NCBI GenBank assembly: GCA_016176505.1 | Contig: JACOXB010000008.1 | Span: forward strand, 984-64,983 | Length of the DNA stretch: 64,000 nucleotides | Origin: Candidatus Colwellbacteria bacterium | Lineage (GTDB): Bacteria; Patescibacteriota; Minisyncoccia; UBA6257; Colwellbacteraceae | Reading direction: 5' to 3' | Shown here: positions 43,421 through 52,003 of the stretch, piece after piece | Numbering within the stretch: position 1 is the stretch's first letter | How the letters are laid out: each line of letters opens with the position of its first letter | Notes under the pieces: model-generated | Told to the model about the DNA's origin: nothing | The model's database searches: none | The model's input: the letters and a program-made list of their open reading frames with translations, nothing else | Translations under genes and position numbers: made by a program

Positions 43421-46400
43421 GTGTTAAAAGATAAAGAAACACTTAATCTGGCTCTGCTTGAAGAAAAGGTGCTTCGGGTTTGGCAGGAGAATCATATTTT
43501 TGAGAAATCACTCGATCGGCCGAAAAGGAAAGCCTTTCATTTTTACGAAGGGCCGCCTTATGCGAACGGTTTACCCGGGATTCACCATGTTTTGAGCCGG
43601 GTTTTTAAAGATATTATTCTTCGCTATAAAACCATGCAGGGATATTTTGTGCCTCGCAAGGCTGGTTGGGATACGCATGGTTTGCCGATTGAGCTCGCGG
43701 TAGAAAAAGAACTCGCCATTAAGAACAAAGACGAGATTGAAAAAATCGGTATTGATAAATTTAACCAAAAGGCGCGCGAAATCATCTTCACCTACAAAGA
43801 TGAGTGGGAAAAATTTACGAGACGCATCGGCTATTGGCTTGATCTCGATAACGCTTACGTTACTTATGAAAATTCTTATATCGAAAGCCTTTGGTGGATT
43901 TTTAAAACCGTTGAAGACCAGGGTTATTTAAAGCAGTCGCGCAAAGTCGTGCCTTACTGCCCAAGGTGTGAAACGCCTCTTTCCAACCACGAAATGGGCA
44001 TGCCTGATGTTTATCGAACCGCTGAAGATCCCTCAATCTACGTTAAGTTTAAGTTAACTGAAGATAATCCCGGCGTTCTACCGAATGAATATCTTCTGGT
44101 TTGGACTACTACGCCTTGGACTCTGCCGGCTAATATGGCGGTCGGGGTCGATCACGAACTTGAATACACCAAGTACCAAGTTGGTGATGAATTTCTCTGG
44201 AGTTATCGACCGCCGCCAAAACTGGCGCACGAAATTAAACCGCTCGAGAAGAAAAAGGGTAAGGAGTTAATTGGCTTAAAGTACGAGCCGCTTTACTCTC
44301 TTTCTCTTCCCAATCCGCCGGCTAAAACCTTTACTGTTATCTGGGCTGATTTTGTGAAAACCGAAGAAGGAACCGGTTTAGTTCACATTTCACCAGCTTT
44401 TGGTGAAGAAGATTTTTCAAATTGGGGAGGCGAGGGCTTTGTCGTCACCATTGATGATCAGGGCCGGATTCAGTCCGGTTTCCCGGGCGCCCGAAAGTTT
44501 CTTAAACAAGCTGACGAGGACATTATCGAGGATTTAAAAAGAAGGGGATTGCTCTATCTGGGCGAGAAAATCGAACACGAGTATCCTTTTTGCTGGCGCT
44601 GTTCGACGCCGATTGTTTATTTTGCTCGAACCGGCTGGTTTTTTGAGATGAGCCGTTTGCGCGAGGAGCTTTTAGCAAACAACGACAAAATTAACTGGAT
44701 TCCAGCTCATATTAAAACCGGTCGTTTTGGCGAATGGATTAAAAATGCGGTTGACTGGTCTATTTCCCGGGAGCGTTATTGGGGGACACCTTTACCAATC
44801 TGGCTTTGTTCCAAGGGTCATCGCAAAGTAATCGGCGCTCTCCACGAATTGGATAAGAACGCTTTTTCTAAAAATCAGTTCTTTATTTTACGGCACGCTG
44901 AGGCTGAATCTAATATTTCCTGGGTTTTAGCTTCAGGTCCGGAAGAAGGGGAGAGAAAATCAGCTTTAACTGAAAAAGGTTTAACCGAAGCCAGAGAACT
45001 CGCTAAATATTTTAAAAAAGAAAAAATTGATCTTATTTTTGCCTCGCCCTATGAACGAACCCGGCATACAGCCGAAGTTATCGCTGAGGCTGTCGGTGCT
45101 AGGTTAATTACCGACGAGCGGTTGAGTGAGCTTAATGGCGGCATCTTTAACTGGAAAAAAATTAAAGAACATCAGGGATTCTATGCTGATCCGCTTGAAC
45201 AATTTGTGAAGCGTCCGCCTGAAGGCGAGAATCTCCAGGATGTTCGAGAGCGGATGCTTGATTTTGTTCGCGAGGTTAATAAGGAGCATAGCGACAAAAA
45301 GATTTTAATTGTTTCTCACCAAGCGCCGCTTTGGCTGCTCGAAACCGGAGTAAAACATTTATCAAATGAAGAAGCACTTAAAATCCCAGGCCCTAATGTC
45401 TCCGAATGGCGCAGGCTCGAGCTTGATAACTTACCAGTCACTCGAACCGGCGAGATTGATCTGCACCGACCTTATATTGATGAAATCTATCTGCGATGCC
45501 AAGAGTGCGGTGAAAAAATGATCCGGGTGCCGGATGTGGCTGATGTTTGGTTTGATTCCGGCGCTATGCCTTGGGCCTCAGGCATCGAAGGCTATCCGGC
45601 TGATTATATTGCTGAAGGCATTGATCAAACCCGGGGCTGGTTTTACACCCTCTTAGCGGTAGCTACTCTTCTTGGCGCGGGGCCGCCGTATAAAAATGTG
45701 ATTTCCTTAGGTCTTATTAATGATAAATACGGCCAAAAGATGTCAAAATCAAAAGGGAATGTGATCGACCCTCAGGCGATTATCAATAAATACGGCATTG
45801 ATGCCGTTCGCTGGTATTTTTATACTGTTAATCCCCCGGGTGAGCCGAAAAACTTTGACGAGGAAGAGGTGGCTCTCGCGATCAGGCGCTTTTTTCTGAT
45901 TCTTTATAATTCCTTCAATTTTTACGAGAATACCCGGGTAAGCGAGAAGAAAAAAACCGGCCTTCTACCCAAGTTCCGGAAAACCGAACATGTGCTTGAC
46001 CGCTGGATTTTAGCCAGACTCCACCAAACTATTGATGAGGTAACCAGGAAGCTTGAAATTTATGAGATTGGCGATGCGGCAAGATCAATCGAAACTTTGG
46101 TTGATGATCTCTCGCGCTGGTATATTCGACGCAGTCGCCGGCGAGGAGAGATGGCAGAAACTTTAGGCCAAGTGCTATTTGAGACAAGTAGACTCATCGC
46201 GCCGTTTGCGCCGTTTTTCGCTGACGCCCTATATCACTCAACCACGACGACCGGTGGAATAAAGGCTAAAATTTCAGTCCATCTTGATAACTGGCCTCGG
46301 GCTACAAAATCTCGGATTCGGAAAGAGGTGCTCGAGAAAATGGTAAAGACCCGCAAGCTGGCAGCTTTAGCTCTTGCCAAACGTAACGAAGCCGGCGTCC

Positions 46401-46825
46401 GAGTTAGGCAGCCGCTTAACCTGATGAAGATTAAAGAGCCAGAACTTAAAAATAAAGAAGAATATCTCGAGATTCTTAAGGAAGAAGTTAATGTGAAAGA
46501 GATTGTTTTTGATGACGGGATTAAGGAAGAAGTTGAACTTGATCTGACTCTTACCCCAGAACTTAAGGAAGAGGGCGTGGTTCGGGAACTCGTGCGATTG
46601 ATTCAGAATTTAAGGCGGGAGGCCAAATTAAAGCCTAAGGATGAAATAATGCTTTTTCTTTCTTTGCCCCCTAGGCTCGCGGCGGCTGCGAACGCTCGGC
46701 TTGACCAGGTGCGTAAAGAAGTAGGCGCCAGAGCCATTGAATTCCGGAGGTCGGATAAGTTTGACGCTGAGTTTTCAACTAAAATCGAAGCTGAATCAGT
46801 CTGGTTAGGCTTGAAAAAAATATAA
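43421..46825 (+). CDS. ileS: Isoleucine--tRNA ligase (type-2-like) carrying an inserted histidine-phosphatase (PGAM-family) domain
   Basis: Motifs PYANGLPGIHHV (HIGH), WTTTPWTLPAN (editing) and KMSKSKGN are present. About 190 aa spliced between RYWGTPLPIW and the CxxCG knuckle read FFILRHAEAESN...LTEKG...ASPYERTRHTAEVIAE...ILIVSHQAPLW. Confidence 0.9.
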   Translation: MLKDKETLNLALLEEKVLRVWQENHIFEKSLDRPKRKAFHFYEGPPYANGLPGIHHVLSRVFKDIILRYKTMQGYFVPRKAGWDTHGLPIELAVEKELAIKNKDEIEKIGIDKFNQKAREIIFTYKDEWEKFTRRIGYWLDLDNAYVTYENSYIESLWWIFKTVEDQGYLKQSRKVVPYCPRCETPLSNHEMGMPDVYRTAEDPSIYVKFKLTEDNPGVLPNEYLLVWTTTPWTLPANMAVGVDHELEYTKYQVGDEFLWSYRPPPKLAHEIKPLEKKKGKELIGLKYEPLYSLSLPNPPAKTFTVIWADFVKTEEGTGLVHISPAFGEEDFSNWGGEGFVVTIDDQGRIQSGFPGARKFLKQADEDIIEDLKRRGLLYLGEKIEHEYPFCWRCSTPIVYFARTGWFFEMSRLREELLANNDKINWIPAHIKTGRFGEWIKNAVDWSISRERYWGTPLPIWLCSKGHRKVIGALHELDKNAFSKNQFFILRHAEAESNISWVLASGPEEGERKSALTEKGLTEARELAKYFKKEKIDLIFASPYERTRHTAEVIAEAVGARLITDERLSELNGGIFNWKKIKEHQGFYADPLEQFVKRPPEGENLQDVRERMLDFVREVNKEHSDKKILIVSHQAPLWLLETGVKHLSNEEALKIPGPNVSEWRRLELDNLPVTRTGEIDLHRPYIDEIYLRCQECGEKMIRVPDVADVWFDSGAMPWASGIEGYPADYIAEGIDQTRGWFYTLLAVATLLGAGPPYKNVISLGLINDKYGQKMSKSKGNVIDPQAIINKYGIDAVRWYFYTVNPPGEPKNFDEEEVALAIRRFFLILYNSFNFYENTRVSEKKKTGLLPKFRKTEHVLDRWILARLHQTIDEVTRKLEIYEIGDAARSIETLVDDLSRWYIRRSRRRGEMAETLGQVLFETSRLIAPFAPFFADALYHSTTTTGGIKAKISVHLDNWPRATKSRIRKEVLEKMVKTRKLAALALAKRNEAGVRVRQPLNLMKIKEPELKNKEEYLEILKEEVNVKEIVFDDGIKEEVELDLTLTPELKEEGVVRELVRLIQNLRREAKLKPKDEIMLFLSLPPRLAAAANARLDQVRKEVGARAIEFRRSDKFDAEFSTKIEAESVWLGLKKI

Positions 46826-46907
46826 GAACCTGCTATACTAATATAAATTCTAAGTCCTCCTACGCATCTATTTTGATAAAGAGTCGAATTACATTAAATT
46901 TTAATGC

Positions 46908-47052
46908 GGGATTCCTGCCTGCCGTACGGAACATCCCGCAGGCCTAGCTCGGCTTGGTCTCCGACTCAAGTCGGAGCGAGCAGGCCGAGGGAGAAGAAAT
47001 TTTTGCCGCTGGAACAAAAATATTCTGGTTCCGATAGGCAGGGAGGAATCCC
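46908..47052 (+). mobile_element. MITE-like element: the ~123-bp repeat core flanked by 16/17-bp terminal inverted repeats
   Basis: GGGATTCCTGCCTGCC at 46908-46923 and GGCAGGGAGGAATCCC at 47037-47052 are inverted repeats with one mismatch. The core equals the copy at 39322-39444. It lies 6 bp upstream of tRNA-Leu. Confidence 0.55.
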
Positions 47053-47058
47053 GTCCTA

Positions 47059-47142
47059 GGGCAGGTGGTGAAATTGGTAGACACGTAGCGTTCAGGGCGC
47101 TATGACCGCAAGGTCATGAGGGTTCAAATCCCTCCCTGCCCA
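47059..47142 (+). tRNA. tRNA-Leu (anticodon CAG), long variable arm
   Basis: GGGCAGGTGGTGAAATTGGTAGACACGTAGCGTTCAGGGCGCTATGACCGCAAGGTCATGAGGGTTCAAATCCCTCCCTGCCCA has a 7-bp acceptor, a TTCAGGG anticodon loop and a 15-nt variable arm. Confidence 0.85.
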
Positions 47143-47312
47143 CAAGGTAAGTCTATGAATTCAATCAAAACAGTAACTTGGGGTCCTGCTTATCACCGTC
47201 CCTGGGATTTGAACGGGAAAGGGGTCGGGAAAACGGGAGTTTTCCCGTGGCGGAGTACACGAACCGATGGGTTCGTGAGCGCAGCCGCCGAAGGCGCAGC
47301 GAGCAGTGAAAA

Positions 47313-47332
47313 TCCCTCCCTGCCCACAAAAT
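47313..47332 (+). repeat. Direct repeat of the tRNA-Leu 3' end (att-like)
   Basis: AAATCCCTCCCTGCCCACAA at 47126-47145 (tRNA T-arm, acceptor and 3 nt beyond) recurs exactly at 47313-47332. The ~165-bp segment between the copies holds two perfect hairpins. Confidence 0.6.
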
Positions 47333-47343
47333 AAGAAAGCTTT

Positions 47344-49134
47344 ATGCCTCAGAAAACTTTAACGAGAACCACAAGACGACCCCGGCCCCTGCCTGCCGCG
47401 AGGCAGGCTAATAGGGTTAAGAAAGCCATTACTAAACCGACTAAATCTGCCTCGGCTCAGAAGGCCGTTCCGGCTGACACGCTTAAACTCGTGCCTTTAG
47501 GCGGCCTTGAAGAGATCGGCCGCAATATGAGCTTTCTCGAGTACGAAGACGAGATTGTAATTATTGATATGGGGCTCCAGTTCCCGGAAGAAGATACGCC
47601 GGGGATTGATTATATTATCCCGAACATTGCCTATCTCCAGCCGAAAAAAGATAACGTCAAAGCCGTGGTCATTACCCATGGCCACTATGATCACATCGGC
47701 GCTGTGCCTCACTTAATCGGTAAATTAGGCAACCCCCCGATTTATACCTTACCTCTTACTAAAGCCATCCTTGAAAAAAGGCAGGAGGAATTTATGAATG
47801 CCCCCAAGCTTAATATCGTTACTGTTAAGTACGGCGACAAAGTAAAAGTGGGCAAACATTTTGAACTAGAATTTTTCGGCGTTGAACACACGATCCCAGA
47901 ATCAATGGGCGTGTTGATTAAAACTCCAGTCGGCAACATCGTTCACTCGGGCGATTTTCGCTTTGACCGCGATGCGAACGGCAATATTTATCGTTTTGAT
48001 GAACTCCAGCGCGTAGGTAAGATGGATATTCATACTCTTATCGTTGATGCGACAAACGCTCTCGAAGAGGGGTACGGTATACCCGAGACTGAAGTGATGA
48101 AAAATCTCGAAGAGCTGCTCCGCAAGGCCAAGGGCCGGATAGTGCTTGCTACCTTTTCCTCAATGCTTACTCGCATCGGCGAGATTATCAAGATTGCCGA
48201 GAAGCTTGGGAAAGTTGTGATGTTGAACGGTCGGTCGATGCGCGAGAATGTCGAGATCGCCAAAAGACTAGGCTATATTAAAGCTAAAAAAGATACTTTT
48301 GTTCCGGTTCAGGAAGTTTCAAAGTATAAAGACGATAAAATTTTAGTAATTTCAACCGGGGCTCAGGGCGAACCCACCGCCGGTTTGATGCGGATTGCCA
48401 ATGGCGAACATCGTCATATTCAGATTAAGCATGGTGATACTTTTATCTTCTCCTCATCTGTCATTCCAGGGAATGAACGGAGCGTCCAAGCCTTGACTGA
48501 TAATATCGCTCGTCAAGGAGCCCTAGTTTATAACTCTAAACTGCTTGATATTCACTCGAGCGGCCACGCCCTAGCCGGAGACATCAAGTTATTTATTAAA
48601 ACCGTAAAACCCCGTTACCTTATGCCCCAACACGCTTACTATTATTTTCGTTACGCCGGCGGCCAGCTGGGAATCGAGGCAGGTGTTTCTGAAAAAAATA
48701 TCCGGTTGCTTGACAATGGCAGCGTCGGCTTGCTCACCAAGGACGATTTCAAGGTTAGTGAAGAAACCGTGCCGGTTTATTACGTTATGGTTGATGGTTT
48801 GGGCGTCGGTGACGTGGAAGAGGTGGTCCTACGTGACCGATTGACGCTCGCCCAAGAAGGGATGATCGTGATTATTACCACCCTGGATCGAAAGTCGGGG
48901 AAACTGGTTAAAAATCCGGACATCATCTCCCGCGGCTTTATTTATCTTCGCGAAAGCCAGGAACTGCTAAATGAAATTCGGGGCCGAATCCGCTCTATTA
49001 TCAGCCGGATTCCCCGGCATCAGCCCCTTGACTCTGATTACTTAAAATCCCTGCTTCGGGATCAGATTGGCCAATTTGTTTATCGTGAGACCAACCGCCG
49101 GCCAATGATCTTGCCAGTGATTATCGAAATCTAA
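47344..49134 (+). CDS. rnj: Ribonuclease J
   Basis: HxHxDH motif VITHGHYDHIG, beta-CASP and C-terminal domains; 596 aa with a basic N-terminal extension. Confidence 0.85.
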   Translation: MPQKTLTRTTRRPRPLPAARQANRVKKAITKPTKSASAQKAVPADTLKLVPLGGLEEIGRNMSFLEYEDEIVIIDMGLQFPEEDTPGIDYIIPNIAYLQPKKDNVKAVVITHGHYDHIGAVPHLIGKLGNPPIYTLPLTKAILEKRQEEFMNAPKLNIVTVKYGDKVKVGKHFELEFFGVEHTIPESMGVLIKTPVGNIVHSGDFRFDRDANGNIYRFDELQRVGKMDIHTLIVDATNALEEGYGIPETEVMKNLEELLRKAKGRIVLATFSSMLTRIGEIIKIAEKLGKVVMLNGRSMRENVEIAKRLGYIKAKKDTFVPVQEVSKYKDDKILVISTGAQGEPTAGLMRIANGEHRHIQIKHGDTFIFSSSVIPGNERSVQALTDNIARQGALVYNSKLLDIHSSGHALAGDIKLFIKTVKPRYLMPQHAYYYFRYAGGQLGIEAGVSEKNIRLLDNGSVGLLTKDDFKVSEETVPVYYVMVDGLGVGDVEEVVLRDRLTLAQEGMIVIITTLDRKSGKLVKNPDIISRGFIYLRESQELLNEIRGRIRSIISRIPRHQPLDSDYLKSLLRDQIGQFVYRETNRRPMILPVIIEI

Positions 49135-49156
49135 CGAGTCCCGTCCTCGTTAATAT

Positions 49157-50095
49157 TTATAGGCGGGGAGCTAGACGGTCTTGGCCAGTCATTTCGTCGT
49201 GGATATTTAAGACCGCTTTAATGGCATCACCGGCTGAAGAGTTGTTTTGCTTGTATAAAACATCAGTTACATCGCCGGCCGCCCAAATGCCCGGATAAGA
49301 AGTCTTTTGAGTTCGGTGATCAATCACCACCTCCCGATAAACGTTGAATTTAACCAGGTCGTCGAGAAAATCGACATTGGGTTCAGAACCGATTTCAACA
49401 AAAACGCCGCCAAGCTTCAGCTCTTTAATTTCGCCAGTGGTTTTGTCCGCGTATTTAAGAGCGGTGACAAATTCGCTTCCTGTTATTTCCTTGGTCTCGG
49501 CATTTAAGATAATTTCGACTTTCGGCTCACGCTTAATTTTTTCCTGGGTGACCGGATCGCCTTTCAATGTTTCGCGGCGATGGATCAGATAAATCTTTGA
49601 GGCATAGGGCAGAAGATCAATCGTTGCCTCGAGACCAGAGTTGCCGCCGCCAACAACTGCCACCACCTTATCCTTAAAAACAGGCGCATCACAGGTGGCG
49701 CAGTAAGAGACTCCCCGGCCGTCGAATTCTTTGCCGCCGGGGACATCGAGATGCCTGCGGCGGCTGCCGGAGGTTACCAAAATTCTTTCGGTTTCGAATT
49801 CCTTGCCGCTTTGAGTTTTCAACCTGAAGCCGCCATCTAACTTCTCTACTTTTTCGATCAAGTCTCCGTTAACAATTTCAATCTCCTCTTGAGCTCGCAG
49901 ATGTTCCTCAAGCATTTTGGCTAAATCATAACCGGATGCGGCTTTAGTGCCGATCCAGTTTTCAATATCGTTGGAAACCAAAGATTGACCGCCAAAAGTA
50001 TCAGTTATAAGGAGGGTTTTTATTTTCTTTCGGGCGGCATAGACACCGGCGGCAACGCCGGCCGGACCGCCGCCCACAATCACTAGTTCGTACAT
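49157..50095 (-). CDS. trxB: Thioredoxin-disulfide reductase
   Basis: FAD motif VIVGGGPAGVAAGVYAARK, the redox CATC motif and NADPH motif VVGGGNSGLE. Confidence 0.9.
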   Translation of the reverse strand: MYELVIVGGGPAGVAAGVYAARKKIKTLLITDTFGGQSLVSNDIENWIGTKAASGYDLAKMLEEHLRAQEEIEIVNGDLIEKVEKLDGGFRLKTQSGKEFETERILVTSGSRRRHLDVPGGKEFDGRGVSYCATCDAPVFKDKVVAVVGGGNSGLEATIDLLPYASKIYLIHRRETLKGDPVTQEKIKREPKVEIILNAETKEITGSEFVTALKYADKTTGEIKELKLGGVFVEIGSEPNVDFLDDLVKFNVYREVVIDHRTQKTSYPGIWAAGDVTDVLYKQNNSSAGDAIKAVLNIHDEMTGQDRLAPRL

Positions 50096-50172
50096 AAGAG
50101 AAAGTTTAAGCGAACAAGAAGACGGACGCTAGTGGACGTCCGTCTCCTTCGAAACTTACTTAGCCGATTCCA

Positions 50173-50388
50173 CTAAACGCCAGCTGGCGGCGGGGGAGGA
50201 GTCGGTGGACCAACTGGCCCGCCTGGACTCGGCGAGGCTGGCGGTGCCGGAGCCGGAGGTTCAGAGGCTGGAGGTCCAGCCGGAGCCTCTGGTCCTGGTC
50301 CGCTCATTGGCTGCATTGGTACGCCGCATGTCGGGCAATTACCCGGTTCACTCGCGACATGACCACACTGAGGACATTTATATTCCAT
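50173..50388 (-). CDS. Zinc-ribbon protein with a Pro/Ala/Gly-rich tail
   Basis: MEYKCPQCGHVASEPGNCPTCG followed by a P-rich low-complexity tail. Its GC richness comes from Pro, Ala and Gly codons. Confidence 0.45.
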   Translation of the reverse strand: MEYKCPQCGHVASEPGNCPTCGVPMQPMSGPGPEAPAGPPASEPPAPAPPASPSPGGPVGPPTPPPPPAGV

Positions 50389-50406
50389 CGTAGTAAATAA
50401 TTGACC

Positions 50407-50643
50407 TTAAGCGACCTTTAAGGCTTTTTCGAGCTCTCCGCGATTAAAACCAACAATAATCTGGCCTTCAACATCAATCACCGGCACGCCCCACTGATGG
50501 GATTTTTGGACCATCTCGTGGAGTTTCGATTCGTCCAGAGCGACATTATGTTCTTCGTACTCAACATTGTTTTTGGTAAAAAAATCCTTAGCCATCCGGC
50601 AATAAGGACAAACAGTAGTGGTATAAATTTTAACCTTGGCCAT
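50407..50643 (-). CDS. Glutaredoxin / NrdH-like redoxin
   Basis: MAKVKIYTTTVCPYCRMAKDFF... is a CPYC thioredoxin fold. Start chosen at the internal Met of ORF 50407..50661. Confidence 0.75.
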   Translation of the reverse strand: MAKVKIYTTTVCPYCRMAKDFFTKNNVEYEEHNVALDESKLHEMVQKSHQWGVPVIDVEGQIIVGFNRGELEKALKVA

Positions 50644-50687
50644 ACGAGTCATAGAGTACACTTTTCTCTAATCTCGCGCAAGTTTCA

Positions 50688-50844
50688 TTACATTCGCTTG
50701 CGGCCGAAAATCTGCCAAAGGGCTAAGAGGGCCACCAGTCCGCCGAAGACAAGGTTGTTCCAAGTCAAGTTAAGTCCCAGGGTGCTCGTGAGCCAGGGTG
50801 AGGCAGCGAGCCATAAACCAACTAAAAGATAAAGCCAACTCATA
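50688..50844 (-). CDS. Small (51 aa) two-TM membrane protein, SPW-repeat-like
   Basis: Hand translation gives MSWLYLLVGLWLAASPWLTSTLGLNLTWNNLVFGGLVALLALWQIFGRKRM*. It is not in the ORF track (<60 aa). Confidence 0.35.
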
Positions 50845-50885
50845 TTTTAGTAGTTTGTAGTTAGTAGTAAGTAGTTTGGCGACCT

Positions 50886-51599
50886 TTACTTATTTAATTC
50901 TTCTTCAATAATTTGGGCAAAAACCTCATAAGGCAAAGCTCCCTGAACCAAGCGGTTGTTGATAAAAGTGCTTGGAGTAGATGCCCCAGGCAGAACTGAT
51001 TGGGCCTCAGCTGTATCAGCGTCGATTTCGGCATCGTATTTCCTAGAATCATAACAAGCAGTGAAAGCGCCGGCATCAAGTCCAACCTGATTCGCCAGGT
51101 TGAGGAATAGGCTTCTCGATAAGTTGCCGTTATTTTCCGCCCCATCAGCAATCTCGGTGGTAAAAATAAGATCGTGATACTCCCAGTATTTACCTTGTTC
51201 ACCGGCGCAGTTGGCGGCTGAAGCCGCGTCTTTTGATTCGTGACCGCCGACGACAAAACTGTCAATAATAATCAAATCCTTATAAACCAATTTGACCTTG
51301 CCGGTATTAATGTAGTTTTCTCTCAATTTTCCTTCAGTCTGGCTGAAAAAGCGGCCGCAGAAAGGGCACTGATAGTCACCGAACTCGATCATTGTGACCG
51401 GCGCGTCAGCTTGGCCCAAAACCGGGTCATCGCCAATAGGCGGCGCCGTGGTGGTCGGGAATTCTTCTTCGGTTGCGGTTAAACCAGTTTCATTTTGAGA
51501 GCCAAAGCCTGGGCCAAAAACATAAACTAAAGTGCCGGAGAGAATTAAAACGCCAACGAGAATCGAAAGAGCTAAGAAATTTTGCTTAATAAATTCCAT
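50886..51599 (-). CDS. DsbA-family thiol:disulfide oxidoreductase (membrane-anchored, BdbD-like)
   Basis: N-terminal TM helix and the thioredoxin-fold active site DYQCPFCGRF. Confidence 0.75.
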   Translation of the reverse strand: MEFIKQNFLALSILVGVLILSGTLVYVFGPGFGSQNETGLTATEEEFPTTTAPPIGDDPVLGQADAPVTMIEFGDYQCPFCGRFFSQTEGKLRENYINTGKVKLVYKDLIIIDSFVVGGHESKDAASAANCAGEQGKYWEYHDLIFTTEIADGAENNGNLSRSLFLNLANQVGLDAGAFTACYDSRKYDAEIDADTAEAQSVLPGASTPSTFINNRLVQGALPYEVFAQIIEEELNK

Positions 51600-51610
51600 T
51601 TTTACTTTCT

Positions 51611-51976
51611 TTACCGACCCTGATTAATCGCCTGCATCACTTGGCTATCAGCGCCCACCTTACCGATGAAGACGACTTGATCGTAATTTAAAACTAACCG
51701 GTCTGGCCCCCAAACCGTGCTTGACATCGGCACAATTTGAAGACTGGGTTGGGTTGGATCGGTCGCACCAGTCCCTTGAAGCACATAAACATCGCGAAGC
51801 GCCAAGCGGGGGAAGTAAGAAATCCGACCAAAATAAAGATCACCAGTTTGCATGTAAACAGCAACGTAGGGCCGCTCGACCGAGACATTGAGCTTTGGCC
51901 AAAGATAGGCGCCTAAACCGACGAGAACGAGAACCACAAGGGCGAGGACAACCAAAACAAGATTTTTTGATTTCAT
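51611..51976 (-). CDS. Hypothetical membrane-anchored or secreted protein
   Basis: 121 aa with an N-terminal hydrophobic helix (LVLVVLALVVLVLVGLGAYLW). Confidence 0.45.
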   Translation of the reverse strand: MKSKNLVLVVLALVVLVLVGLGAYLWPKLNVSVERPYVAVYMQTGDLYFGRISYFPRLALRDVYVLQGTGATDPTQPSLQIVPMSSTVWGPDRLVLNYDQVVFIGKVGADSQVMQAINQGR

Positions 51977-52003
51977 CGCCTCCTATTATAACATAAAAGG
52001 GAC

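Noticed and set aside
47116-47334. 72-aa ORF from the track overlapping tRNA-Leu and the att-like repeat
   Set aside because: It overlaps a confidently folded tRNA and hairpin-rich non-coding DNA, with no ribosome-binding site, so it is spurious.
50173-50388. GC-rich zinc-ribbon ORF considered as a fourth foreign island
   Set aside because: The N-terminal zinc-ribbon portion has ordinary composition. The GC excess is confined to the Pro/Ala/Gly-rich tail (CCN/GCN/GGN codons), so amino-acid bias rather than foreign origin explains it.
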